Source: a virus (taxonomy: Duplodnaviria; Caudoviricetes). From it: DNA of 54,147 bases. Location of the stretch: positions 1 through 54,147 of IMG/VR virus record IMGVR_UViG_3300020442_002355, one strand, 5' to 3'. The position numbers were made by a program, and so were the translations under genes. How positions within the stretch are numbered: position 1 is the stretch's first letter; each line of letters starts with the position of its first letter. This document shows, piece by piece, positions 32,601-41,221 of the stretch. Under the pieces are notes generated by a model that was not told where the DNA came from, made no database searches, and saw only the letters and a list, made by a program, of their open reading frames with translations.

Positions 32601-33335
32601 TTATTGAGTATCTAACGGTCTGTCTTGAGACTTATACATCTCAATTGGGTCTTCATTTACACTAAATCCATCTGCTTTGACAATTTCTTCACGTTCTTTT
32701 GCAGTCTTCCAAAAATATTCATCCTCTCGTCCCATACCAAGTCTATCATTTCCATTCTCAACTTGATAATACTGAGTCGATACCTTAAAATCAGGCATCT
32801 TTGGTTCAACAGGAGTTAAACTATTATCATAGATACGTAACCTATTGTTTGGATATAGTGCATACTGCCCATTTTCAAGTTCAATTAGATTATGTGACTT
32901 ATGTTCTGCAGGATTTTCACTGGTCGCATAATCAACATAATCAGGATCATGATGATAATTGTCAATCGTACAAATATATGTTCCCTTTACATTGCCATGA
33001 TCGCGAGTATAACACTCAAAATCCATACTACCAATAAACTTCTTATCCACTGATACAACCCCATAATCCATACAATTCCAAAATTGTAGGTTAGGTAGAC
33101 TCATATCAGGTTTAGGCGTCTCAGGGGCGCTTACAAAGGCACTGATGGGCAATTTATCGTACATTGCAGCATACTCAGGTAAATACGTCTCAAAGTAAAA
33201 TGCACGTCCAGGTATACTTTTCACTGATACCCATACACCTTTTACAAATTCTCCCCATCCACTTTGATGGTCAGTCAAATACTCCTTTCTTACCCATATC
33301 TCTTGAGAAGGTAAATTTGCAATTAAACATGCCAT
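32601..33335 (-). CDS. Conserved marine-phage hypothetical protein
   Basis: 244 aa; L.ANLP...WVRKEYL.D...G.GEF, EHKSHN.IEL.NGQYALYPNNR. Confidence 0.8.
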   Translation of the reverse strand: MACLIANLPSQEIWVRKEYLTDHQSGWGEFVKGVWVSVKSIPGRAFYFETYLPEYAAMYDKLPISAFVSAPETPKPDMSLPNLQFWNCMDYGVVSVDKKFIGSMDFECYTRDHGNVKGTYICTIDNYHHDPDYVDYATSENPAEHKSHNLIELENGQYALYPNNRLRIYDNSLTPVEPKMPDFKVSTQYYQVENGNDRLGMGREDEYFWKTAKEREEIVKADGFSVNEDPIEMYKSQDRPLDTQ

Positions 33336-33366
33336 AACTCATAACTTTATATTTCTTTATCTATAC

Positions 33367-33391
33367 AAAAAAAGAGGACCCGTAGGTCCCC
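33367..33391 (-). terminator. Rho-independent terminator
   Basis: Minus strand GGGGACC-TACG-GGTCCTC followed by T7 (UNCG tetraloop). Confidence 0.85.
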
Positions 33392-33398
33392 TTTAATA

Positions 33399-33536
33399 TT
33401 ATTTCTTTCCTTGCCCGCGATAACGCTTACGCTTACCATTACGAGAGGATGCACTCAATAATGTATTCTGTGAACATCCCTGACGGGTCTTCTTTGGTTT
33501 GCCAGGAATGTAATTCCCACCTTTCATCATTGCCAT
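33399..33536 (-). CDS. 45-aa basic protein (not in ORF track)
   Basis: MAMMKGGNYIPGKPKKTRQGCSQNTLLSASSRNGKRKRYRGQGKK; GAGGAGG RBS upstream, terminator downstream. Confidence 0.75.
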   Translation of the reverse strand: MAMMKGGNYIPGKPKKTRQGCSQNTLLSASSRNGKRKRYRGQGKK

Positions 33537-33640
33537 AACTTAATACCTCCTCTTGGTTGTAATAGACGTTTTATTGCCTGTAACCATCATACCTGAGACG
33601 AGTAAAACGGTCAAGAGCATCACATAAAGAAAACTTCCCA

Positions 33641-34411
33641 TCAGATAATACGAGTTTTCTCATGTCCTACTCGAATACGAGGGTCGCACCAAATTTCAAA
33701 ACCCTTCTCCTTTGCATCTAAACAGAAACTTACATCCTCTCCACACATATCTTGCACACTCCCAGACTCAAACACCTGCATCTTAGGAGCAAACCATGGA
33801 TACTCAAGATTCTCAAAGACTCCGTTTTTAATGAGCACCCATCCAAAACCTGTGTAGTCTACAGTGAATGGCTTACGCCGCTTCTGAATCGATTCCACTG
33901 TTTCGTGGTTCATTACTCCACCATTCTGTCGGAAATCATCCTCCTCTAACCAATGTGCCACAGAAGTCGTCTGTCCATCCTCTGTTGCATACCATCCACT
34001 TACAACCTCTCTCTCAGTACCATCTTCATCAATTGCCATATCACACAATTGCCAGAATTGATTACTATTAAACACAATATCACTATCAATCCATAACTGA
34101 TAGTCATACTTCAATTTACCATCCCATGGCACCTGATTCGGTCCACGCAATACATTCGCACCTAAACACTTACATCGTGCAAAATTAACCATCGATGAAT
34201 AATCTTGACTAATCTGAATACTCATACCGTTCTGTACCATGTCAAAACATAACTGTACAAAGTTCTTCAGAAAAATATAAGAACACCCTCGACCAGGAAG
34301 ACAAAATACTATTGTCTTCCCACGCATCCTTTCTTTGATTGCATCAATGTCCCAATCTGCTTTCTTCTCAACAGTTGGCGATTTTGCTTTTACAGTGAAT
34401 CCTTTGGCCAT
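33641..34411 (-). CDS. Glycosyltransferase family 2-like (GT-A fold) protein
   Basis: LWIDSDIVF (DxD), TGFGWVLI, GEDVSFC...IWCDP...VGHEK. Confidence 0.75.
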   Translation of the reverse strand: MAKGFTVKAKSPTVEKKADWDIDAIKERMRGKTIVFCLPGRGCSYIFLKNFVQLCFDMVQNGMSIQISQDYSSMVNFARCKCLGANVLRGPNQVPWDGKLKYDYQLWIDSDIVFNSNQFWQLCDMAIDEDGTEREVVSGWYATEDGQTTSVAHWLEEDDFRQNGGVMNHETVESIQKRRKPFTVDYTGFGWVLIKNGVFENLEYPWFAPKMQVFESGSVQDMCGEDVSFCLDAKEKGFEIWCDPRIRVGHEKTRII

Positions 34412-34435
34412 AAATCGAAAATTCCTTTCAGTTCA

Positions 34436-34464
34436 ATTCTAGTCTATTATGTAGTCAATGTCAA
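34436..34464 (-). promoter_or_regulatory. sigma70-type promoter TTGACA-17-TAGAAT
   Basis: Consensus -35, 17-nt spacer, 24 nt upstream of the ATG at 34411. Confidence 0.8.
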
Positions 34465-34470
34465 GGTAGT

Positions 34471-34644
34471 TCAGGGTAGTACTTTCCCCACCTCTGAATA
34501 CCTATATGATAAATCCTTTGAATCATACTCAGTCTTCATTAACCCTACCATTCCATTCAACTGGTCCCAGGTACTACGAAACTCCTTCTCAGGTAGATTG
34601 TGATATACACACTCTTCCTTAATGTAAATGTTATAAACTTTCAA
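34471..34644 (-). CDS. 57-aa hypothetical protein, TTG start (not in ORF track)
   Basis: MKVYNIYIKEECVYHNLPEKEFRSTWDQLNGMVGLMKTEYDSKDLSY...; GGAGG upstream. Confidence 0.6.
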   Translation of the reverse strand: MKVYNIYIKEECVYHNLPEKEFRSTWDQLNGMVGLMKTEYDSKDLSYRYSEVGKVLP

Positions 34645-35015
34645 ATGGTCATACCTCCGATTCTTTTCACTATTTAATCAGCGAGACCAGTACGGACCCC
34701 ACTACAACATACATTACATACCTCCCAGTGCTTGCACAAGTGCGTCCTCTCCATATTGCCATTAGTACATCATAAAAAACCCGCGCAGTCACATACGTGA
34801 AAACTACACGGGGGATATTCCAGTACCGCAAATTTTTTTTACTCACGCGAACTCCACAGTCGTTTTTTATATACGCGAAATTTTTTGAAATGAACTTGAT
34901 ATCACTCTCGCGTTTTGTCACCTCTGTAGGTTAGGGTAGTTAGACGTTTTTATATCACGCCCGCCGCCCGCTATAACCAACGGCACGCAAAACACTGTGT
35001 TTCAGTGATACTCTG

Positions 35016-35054
35016 AGTCTAGCACATATGGGGCAGAGTGTCAACAACTGCCCC
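35016..35054 (-). promoter_or_regulatory. sigma70 promoter TTGACA-17-TAGACT with -35 inside a GGGGCAG/CTGCCCC stem-loop
   Basis: -35 at 35039-35044, -10 at 35016-35021 with TGn extension; stem arms 35030-35036 and 35048-35054. Confidence 0.75.
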
Positions 35055-35064
35055 GCACTGTGTA

Positions 35065-35313
35065 TCAGAAATCCTCCAACATTTCATTGAGTTCGATGAT
35101 ATCCAACTCAGAGGACTGCCAGTTAACACCATCGGGCGTTTCAGGTCCGAAAAGTTCAACTAACAGGTGGGAGAGAGACTTATAACCATGCTCCGCATAT
35201 CCGCGTGCAAGGTTATACATTCCCTCATCATTACCTAACCAGAGAGCAACATTCCAAGTGGCATGATTAGCGAACCCGTTGTAAGTTTCGGTGGTCATGT
35301 GTGTTTGAGTCAT
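35065..35313 (-). CDS. Hypothetical protein (YNG+.N..TWNVALW family)
   Basis: ORF track; follows repeat copy 1; true start may be 35298. Confidence 0.75.
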   Translation of the reverse strand: MTQTHMTTETYNGFANHATWNVALWLGNDEGMYNLARGYAEHGYKSLSHLLVELFGPETPDGVNWQSSELDIIELNEMLEDF

Positions 35314-35356
35314 GCTTACACTACTGAGACACTTTAGAGGCTTCAGTTAGCATTAC

Positions 35357-35530
35357 TCACCACGTATCAGGTGTATGCAAGTCCTCGACATATGCCTCGC
35401 AGTATTCACTACCCTCCAAACCGAAGAGTTTATCCCAGTTGATATTATGCGGGTCAAAGTCATTCATTGCCTCAATCTCTAAGGTAATGCGATACTTACT
35501 CTTCTGTGCCTGGTGATAGATAGCGGGCAT
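35357..35530 (-). CDS. 57-aa hypothetical protein (not in ORF track)
   Basis: MPAIYHQAQKSKYRITLEIEAMNDFDPHNINWDKLFGLEGSEYCEAYVEDLHTPDTW; own promoter upstream. Confidence 0.7.
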   Translation of the reverse strand: MPAIYHQAQKSKYRITLEIEAMNDFDPHNINWDKLFGLEGSEYCEAYVEDLHTPDTW

Positions 35531-35559
35531 TTGTGAGAACCTCTGAGTGATACTTTGTT

Positions 35560-35588
35560 ATTGTACTATGGACTGAGAGATATAGCAA
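35560..35588 (-). promoter_or_regulatory. sigma70 promoter TTGCTA-17-TACAAT
   Basis: 17-nt spacing, 29 nt upstream of the ATG at 35530. Confidence 0.6.
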
Positions 35589-35626
35589 GCACCTCAAGTC
35601 CTATTTAGAAAGTGTCTGCCGGGTGC

Positions 35627-35655
35627 TTGACTTTTGGGGGAGTTCGTGTTAGACT
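35627..35655 (+). promoter_or_regulatory. Plus-strand sigma70 promoter TTGACT-17-TAGACT
   Basis: 17-nt spacing, TGn extension; points into the non-coding region. Confidence 0.6.
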
Positions 35656-35753
35656 GAAGGCCAGGATCACTATGCTGAGAAGGATTTAGAGAGTGTATTC
35701 AGAGGGTCTTCAGAGATACTTAGCAGCGTCTCTGGGGTGTACTTAAGGGCATA

Positions 35754-35850
35754 TTTTCCACAGTTTCTAACACTATTGTGGAAAACATTGTGGAAAAGAT
35801 AAAACGTTCAAATACATTTAAAATAACATTTTTAATATAAAAAAACCCTA
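35754..35850. other. Three TTTTCCACA (DnaA-box-like) sites plus AT-rich tract; candidate origin
   Basis: ttttccaca 35754-35762; tgtggaaaa 35777-35785 and 35789-35797; A/T tract 35798-35850. Confidence 0.5.
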
Positions 35851-35995
35851 ATCTTGTATATATCAGGGCAGAAAAGGTGAGTTTTTGGATATTACAGAGG
35901 TCTTACATGTATTGGTCCATCACACACAACCCGGACCTCAAATGCCTATACTTCACTGTTACATAAGCAATCAAATCATAGGACAGTTACTGTTA

Positions 35996-36145
35996 TCAGA
36001 ACTCAGTAGGATTGCCCTCGAAATCAACAGCAACAGCGCCAGCGTTAGTCATACTTTCGTCGGCAACAATCACGTCCAGGATAGAAAGAATGTCTTCTCC
36101 ATTGTTAGCAGTGGAGAGCATACCAATTGCCAGTTCTTTGTTCAT
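35996..36145 (-). CDS. 49-aa acidic hypothetical protein (not in ORF track)
   Basis: MNKELAIGMLSTANNGEDILSILDVIVADESMTNAGAVAVDFEGNPTEF. Confidence 0.55.
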   Translation of the reverse strand: MNKELAIGMLSTANNGEDILSILDVIVADESMTNAGAVAVDFEGNPTEF

Positions 36146-36258
36146 TAGAAAGTGTTAATAAGTGAATGGAGTTGAACGTTAGTGAAACGTCTAGTTAGTT
36201 GTTAATCTAGGTCTTACGTTACTTATAGGTCTCCCTATAACTTACTGCCTAGTAAGTG

Positions 36259-36453
36259 TTATTCTAAGAGATCAGGATAGTATTCTTTCACCTCTGTAAT
36301 CAGTTCATCTACGGTATAAGAATCATAACTATTATCTAATTGATCAGCAACTAATTGCATCAATGTTTTGAGGTCCATGTCATCAAGAATCCGATCAATT
36401 AGGTTTTGTTGAAGTTCATCACGATCGATGATGTTGTCTGTGGTAGTGTTCAT
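36259..36453 (-). CDS. Small acidic hypothetical protein
   Basis: ORF track; paralogue of the adjacent gene. Confidence 0.75.
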   Translation of the reverse strand: MNTTTDNIIDRDELQQNLIDRILDDMDLKTLMQLVADQLDNSYDSYTVDELITEVKEYYPDLLE

Positions 36454-36632
36454 GATTCAGGAATTAGATGTGGGGCATACTGTTTAACGTCTTCTACAAG
36501 TTCATCATCATCAAGGTCATTCAATTCTCTGTTCTGTGTTACAATGAAGAAGTCCCTTAAGTCTTCTTCTGTCATCTGATTTAGATCCCATTCGATGTAC
36601 TCTTCTTGGATTTGTTCTCTTGTTTTGTTCAT
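36450..36632 (-). CDS. Small acidic hypothetical protein
   Basis: ORF track; ATGA overlap with its paralogue. Confidence 0.75.
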   Translation of the reverse strand: MNKTREQIQEEYIEWDLNQMTEEDLRDFFIVTQNRELNDLDDDELVEDVKQYAPHLIPES

Positions 36633-36641
36633 TGTTTTGTA

Positions 36642-36989
36642 TCAGGCAAAAGTGTAACCATGAGTGAATGATTCGGTTTTGAATACTTTTTCATTACCAA
36701 TTTGACCGACAAACTTTCTTACAAACCATTGATAATTCTTTTGGAAAACTCCTTCTCCAGCAATGCAGAACTCATTACATAGTGCGTTCAATCGTGATTT
36801 GGTTGTTTTAGTTTGCCAACCACCATCATAGATTGTCATGTCAGTATCTGTCACAGTAGCAATCAGATTGCCGTGCAGATATACATTTGAATTGTTTGTA
36901 TCAGGATCAAATGTGACGCTTGTGTTATCCTTTGACCAGTTGCGATTGTTGTTAATTGCACGGATCATTTCAAATTCGATTTTTCTCAT
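36642..36989 (-). CDS. Conserved phage hypothetical protein
   Basis: MRKIE..M..AI, VYLHGN.IA, GGWQT.TTKSRLNAL; follows repeat 2. Confidence 0.8.
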   Translation of the reverse strand: MRKIEFEMIRAINNNRNWSKDNTSVTFDPDTNNSNVYLHGNLIATVTDTDMTIYDGGWQTKTTKSRLNALCNEFCIAGEGVFQKNYQWFVRKFVGQIGNEKVFKTESFTHGYTFA

Positions 36990-37055
36990 GATGTTTGTGT
37001 GTTGAGTGTGTGGTTACAATACTAGGACACTTTAGAGGCTTCAGTTAGTATCACC

Positions 37056-37262
37056 TCATATCTCGGCAATTAATAGTTTCAGGCATCTGTCTGCTTCAGT
37101 GAGAACATCATCATCTAATTCATCCCATTCGACTTCAGCATAGGCACTAAATGCCGTTTCATATGTACCATCTGAAAGAAGAGGAGCATAATACAAAACC
37201 GCAGAATGATCAGGGTCTAATGTATAAGTACAACCGTTGATTGATGAAACAAGAAAAACCAT
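37056..37262 (-). CDS. Hypothetical protein
   Basis: Exactly fills the interval between repeats 2 and 3. Confidence 0.75.
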   Translation of the reverse strand: MVFLVSSINGCTYTLDPDHSAVLYYAPLLSDGTYETAFSAYAEVEWDELDDDVLTEADRCLKLLIAEI

Positions 37263-37317
37263 AATGTGAGTTGATTGTGTGAGTTACACTACTAGGACAC
37301 TTTAGAGGCTTCAGTTA

Positions 37318-37470
37318 CTAAACCTCACGAATTGCATCGATAATAAACTCTTTTTCAGTAGAATGTATGTGATTGATGCAATCATCCATATCTACACATT
37401 CTTCGACCGTGATAAACTTGAATCGGTCGGGATTGTCAATACGAGAAAGAGTGACGTTGAAAGTTTTCAT
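37318..37470 (-). CDS. 50-aa hypothetical protein (not in ORF track)
   Basis: MKTFNVTLSRIDNPDRFKFITVEECVDMDDCINHIHSTEKEFIIDAIREV; fills the interval between repeats 3 and 4. Confidence 0.7.
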   Translation of the reverse strand: MKTFNVTLSRIDNPDRFKFITVEECVDMDDCINHIHSTEKEFIIDAIREV

Positions 37471-37532
37471 TTAGTGTGTGAATTGTGGGCGTTACACTAC
37501 TGGGACACTTTAGAGGCTTCAGTTACTAAACC

Positions 37533-37856
37533 TCAGGCATATGACATCTCAGTATCATAAACAACACGGATGTTTGTACCAATCACAGGATCAATCGGTC
37601 CCCACTTATAACATTTTTCGTCAGCAAAATATCGTGCTACCTTACTCATCAGACGATCATCAACTTCACCACTATCACCAAGAATTGTGGTCTCAACATA
37701 TGGATAACCATCAACCTCAATCATATCACGAATCCAACCATACATTTCAACCTTATTATCAAACAACTTACTAGTGCGTAAATCACCACCAGCAACCGCA
37801 AGATATGCTCCTGAAAACTCAGGATTCATTTTGGAGAATGTCATTGAAGAGTGCAT
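37533..37856 (-). CDS. Hypothetical protein
   Basis: Fills the interval between repeats 4 and 5. Confidence 0.75.
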   Translation of the reverse strand: MHSSMTFSKMNPEFSGAYLAVAGGDLRTSKLFDNKVEMYGWIRDMIEVDGYPYVETTILGDSGEVDDRLMSKVARYFADEKCYKWGPIDPVIGTNIRVVYDTEMSYA

Positions 37857-37903
37857 AATGTTTGAATGTTGTGTGATTACACTACTAGGACACTTTAGAG
37901 GCT

Positions 37904-38305
37904 TCAGTTACTGACATCATACATTTGTGCCATATATGTCTCATATTGTTGTTGAGTGAAGAGATTACCATCAACCCAGAAAAACTCTTCTTGACCAATA
38001 CAAGAGTCGCCACAATCCTCTAGAAGACCATCAACAATCGTTGCCCATCTACGCGGTACAACTTGAATCAATGCTTCCTCATTATCGTCTAGATTGTTTG
38101 CACACTGAGCATAAACATAGTCATATAAATCACCACCCATCTGCTCAAACCAGTAGGTATCAACAGATTCAATTCTTTCGCCTTCGATAGCATAATCATC
38201 CTCTAATTCAAATTCATATGCTTCAATTGTGAAAAGTTGTGCCTTACCAAGTTCAAGTGTTTGAGTCATTGTGTTAGGATCAGTGGGAGAAGAAATAAAG
38301 GACAT
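37904..38305 (-). CDS. Acidic hypothetical protein
   Basis: ORF 37904..38347; likely start MSFISS (38305) or MTQTLE; TGA stop lies within repeat 5. Confidence 0.7.
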   Translation of the reverse strand: MSFISSPTDPNTMTQTLELGKAQLFTIEAYEFELEDDYAIEGERIESVDTYWFEQMGGDLYDYVYAQCANNLDDNEEALIQVVPRRWATIVDGLLEDCGDSCIGQEEFFWVDGNLFTQQQYETYMAQMYDVSN

Positions 38306-38309
38306 ACTA

Positions 38310-38657
38310 TCAGCGGAGATAAAGGAATGAACCGTAGGCATCAACAACCTCAGGATGATCTACCAGAAAATCCATATAGAATCGGATACCTTTAGCAGGT
38401 GCTTTGTATGATGCAGACTTATAAACTGCACCGTTATTCTTATCAACGAACATGAAGCAACTGCGACCACGCAGCGGCACACCATTGCTCACAAGATAAG
38501 ACCAGACTTTGATATATTTCCGACCAACCTCATACTCAAGTTGAGTATAAGTGTTACGACCGGATTCAAGTGAATCAACCTTGAAACGGTTGTTCACAAC
38601 TTCGAGCAGACATTCAGTCAGATACTCTGCTTTGAGATTAGGAGCGCAAAAAGTCAT
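38310..38657 (-). CDS. Conserved phage hypothetical protein (GRKYIKV ... YK.AS.KAPAK family)
   Basis: ORF track; follows repeat 6. Confidence 0.8.
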   Translation of the reverse strand: MTFCAPNLKAEYLTECLLEVVNNRFKVDSLESGRNTYTQLEYEVGRKYIKVWSYLVSNGVPLRGRSCFMFVDKNNGAVYKSASYKAPAKGIRFYMDFLVDHPEVVDAYGSFLYLR

Positions 38658-38717
38658 TTTAGTGTGTTTGAATTGTGTGCTTACACTACTGGGACACTTT
38701 AGAGGCTTCAGTTACTA

Positions 38718-38882
38718 TCACATTGATTCGATGATAGATTGACGTGCCTGATATGCTTCAAATTGACTGTTGAATGTCGCAATCTTAGTCATATCATCTG
38801 CCCAATAGATGGCAAACTTATGTGAACCAAATACACCCTTCACTTTGATAGGGTTGTCGATACCAAGAGGATAAGATTTCAT
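38718..38882 (-). CDS. Small hypothetical protein
   Basis: Likely start MKSYPLGIDNP within ORF 38718..38936. Confidence 0.6.
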   Translation of the reverse strand: MKSYPLGIDNPIKVKGVFGSHKFAIYWADDMTKIATFNSQFEAYQARQSIIESM

Positions 38883-38925
38883 GGTGTAAGAAGAAAGTTC
38901 AGAAAATAATGTGTAAACCTTTGTA

Positions 38926-39105
38926 TCACATTCCATTCATAAACTCATGCAGTTCAGCAAGATACTGTTCTTCAGTTTCAAACTTTCGACCATAGATTTC
39001 ACAAGGGAAAGTTTTCTTTTGGAACATAGTTGATGCCACGCTGACATCTTGTCGATCATAACCCATAGAAATAAGGTTTTCGACGTAGGGATTAGTTTGA
39101 GTCAT
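38926..39105 (-). CDS. 59-aa hypothetical protein (not in ORF track)
   Basis: MTQTNPYVENLISMGYDRQDVSVASTMFQKKTFPCEIYGRKFETEEQYLAELHEFMNGM; follows repeat 7. Confidence 0.7.
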   Translation of the reverse strand: MTQTNPYVENLISMGYDRQDVSVASTMFQKKTFPCEIYGRKFETEEQYLAELHEFMNGM

Positions 39106-39153
39106 AATTGTGTTTTGATTGTGTGCTTACACTACTAGGACACTTTAGGGGCT

Positions 39154-39339
39154 TCAGTTAGACATACCGCCAATGGTCTCATCATAGATTTTCTCTACGA
39201 TTGCCCACTCAGAGTAGGTCAGTGCAGAAACTTGAGAGAGAATATAGTCAGTTGCCATATCCCAGTCAGCATTAGTTTCCTCGATGAATTGTGGGAAACC
39301 TGCAACAACAGAGGAAAAAGGAGTAAGAGAAGTGATCAT
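39154..39339 (-). CDS. Hypothetical protein
   Basis: Fills the interval between repeats 7 and 8; stop lies in the repeat. Confidence 0.75.
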   Translation of the reverse strand: MITSLTPFSSVVAGFPQFIEETNADWDMATDYILSQVSALTYSEWAIVEKIYDETIGGMSN

Positions 39340-39390
39340 AGTGTGTTTTGATTGTGTGCTTACACTACTGGGACACTTTAGAGGCTTCAG

Positions 39391-39597
39391 TTACTTACTC
39401 TTACGTTTTTTGAGTTTTGTGATAAAGTTCTCTGCACTCTGTTTGTTCCTACACACCTTCATCTTACAGTTATCATATACTACCATATATTTCTTGCCTG
39501 TGCCCATTGGAATTGCCGCAATCTCCCAGTCTTTACCAACAACCCATCCTAATCGTGGTTTAGGTTCTAATATGCTACTGTTTGTTGGATACTTCAT
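39391..39597 (-). CDS. Small basic hypothetical protein
   Basis: ATGA-coupled to the helicase; TAA stop lies in repeat 8. Confidence 0.75.
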   Translation of the reverse strand: MKYPTNSSILEPKPRLGWVVGKDWEIAAIPMGTGKKYMVVYDNCKMKVCRNKQSAENFITKLKKRKSK

Positions 39598-40778
39598 CGG
39601 CGCACAACAGAATCATACAACTCACCTTGCTCAAACACAATATCAACAACCTTCTGCAATGCTTTGGCGGTGCTGATACCAACCTTAGAATAGGAAGGTA
39701 CAACACAGAGACCATAAGTTTTCTTTGCAGCAGGTGCCAAACGCAGAACACGTCCGATTGTTTGTGTCAATTCAATCACGTCCATGTTACGCATAAAGAT
39801 AACACAATCAAGCATGGAAACATTGATACCCTCTGAAAGGATAGAGCGGTGGAGAACAACAAATTTCTTGTCTGATTGGCGTCCCCAAGCGTTCAGAACC
39901 TCGAAGAACTTCTCTCTAGATACTTTCACCCCATCGATGATTGCACCCGTCTTAGAGGTGATATAGAGGTACGAATAACCACGGTCAGCAAGTTGCTGTG
40001 CAAAATCTGTCTGAAAGATTGTAGTCAACTGCTTAGTAGTCTTGGCACAGACCAACACTTTCTTAGTGCCAACTTCGTCGATAGTTGTCAGCACATTGTT
40101 GGATTCAAGGTGTGGAGTGATAGACTGACGGTCAACCTTATCCATCTCAATCACCTTGACTTTAGGCGGTAAGATATAACCACCATCAACCAGTTCAGGT
40201 GCAGAAACCCGACAAATGATGTTGCCATAGACCTCAACATCGTTCATGCCTGGTTTATTGATAGTGACCGAAGTCTTGCGCGTTGCAGTGAAATAGTAGC
40301 AACGTTCTGCCTTGCGTGAGAAATACTCAGTAGCAGGGAAGAAGTTACGCTTGACGCTGTTATGTGCTTCGTCAAAGTAAATCGTATCGACATCAATACC
40401 AGACTCCATCACACGACCAAGAGAATTGTAGGTCGTGAAGATGAGAACATGCTCACGCACTGTCTGACACATATCAACAAACAATTTGATACGCTCAGAC
40501 TTAGTGGTGCTGAAATGTTTTGTCTCGCCACTATGAACGTGCAGCACATTTGCATTAGTGATGTGCTCAAGGTACTCAGAAGAGAGTTGCTCTGCCAACA
40601 GAATACGAGGAGCAACAACAACAATGGTGCGGGGAACTTTGATACTGAAACGACGCACTGCATCTTGAATAGCAATCAAAGTTTTTCCGCCGCCAGTAGG
40701 CACCAAAATCTGACCAATAGCATTAGAAAGCATTGCATCAAGTCCGCGCTGTTGATGAGGGCGAAGGGTGATTGTCAT
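39594..40778 (-). CDS. SF2 DEAH helicase (ResIII / restriction-enzyme-type)
   Basis: LRPHQ, PTGGGKT, DEAH, TAT, SEGINV, QTIGRVLR. Confidence 0.9.
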   Translation of the reverse strand: MTITLRPHQQRGLDAMLSNAIGQILVPTGGGKTLIAIQDAVRRFSIKVPRTIVVVAPRILLAEQLSSEYLEHITNANVLHVHSGETKHFSTTKSERIKLFVDMCQTVREHVLIFTTYNSLGRVMESGIDVDTIYFDEAHNSVKRNFFPATEYFSRKAERCYYFTATRKTSVTINKPGMNDVEVYGNIICRVSAPELVDGGYILPPKVKVIEMDKVDRQSITPHLESNNVLTTIDEVGTKKVLVCAKTTKQLTTIFQTDFAQQLADRGYSYLYITSKTGAIIDGVKVSREKFFEVLNAWGRQSDKKFVVLHRSILSEGINVSMLDCVIFMRNMDVIELTQTIGRVLRLAPAAKKTYGLCVVPSYSKVGISTAKALQKVVDIVFEQGELYDSVVRR

Positions 40779-40816
40779 AATGTAGTGTGTAGTAATACTA
40801 GGACAGTTTAGAGGCT

Positions 40817-41221
40817 TCAGTTAAAGAACCCTTCTAATCCAATAGGTTCTCCAAAAGAATAATCATAGGTAAGTGCATCATGACAGACAAAGTGAGGGTG
40901 ATCAACTGCAACACCTAGTTTCTTACACATCTCTGCATGATTATCCTCCATAAGTTCTACTGCATAGAGCATATTATCGTTGATATGTTGTAAAGAGTGA
41001 TATTTCAATAATTCTGTCTGCAGTGCTAGTAGGAAGTTCCCTGACCCTGCCGCCGGATCTAAAAATGTGCTCTTTGCATCTTGCAGCATCGATTGAGGCA
41101 GTTCAGACACCATCTCAGCACACAATTCCATAGGTGTGAATACCTCACCAGTCTGATCAATTCTTTCATCAGATCGTTCAATATCTGATCCTACTGTTGA
41201 ATTGTGTGTGTTCTTAGGCAT
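40817..41221 (-). CDS. Stand-alone SAM-binding half of an N6-adenine DNA methyltransferase
   Basis: GEVFTP (motif X), FLDPAAGSGNF (motif I), YAVEL, CHDAL; no NPPY. Confidence 0.85.
   Translation of the reverse strand: MPKNTHNSTVGSDIERSDERIDQTGEVFTPMELCAEMVSELPQSMLQDAKSTFLDPAAGSGNFLLALQTELLKYHSLQHINDNMLYAVELMEDNHAEMCKKLGVAVDHPHFVCHDALTYDYSFGEPIGLEGFFN

Noticed and set aside
34670-34921. 83-aa GTG-start ORF
   Set aside because: Atypical composition with long homopolymer tracts; more likely non-coding, so not listed as CDS
35609-35659. Fragments AAAGTGTC and ACTGAAG resembling halves of the repeat on the plus strand
   Set aside because: Only 7-8 nt matches, in swapped order; could be chance
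36223-36257. Two adjacent 7-bp AT-rich hairpins
   Set aside because: Weak stems with no U-tract; insufficient evidence for a terminator or RNA element
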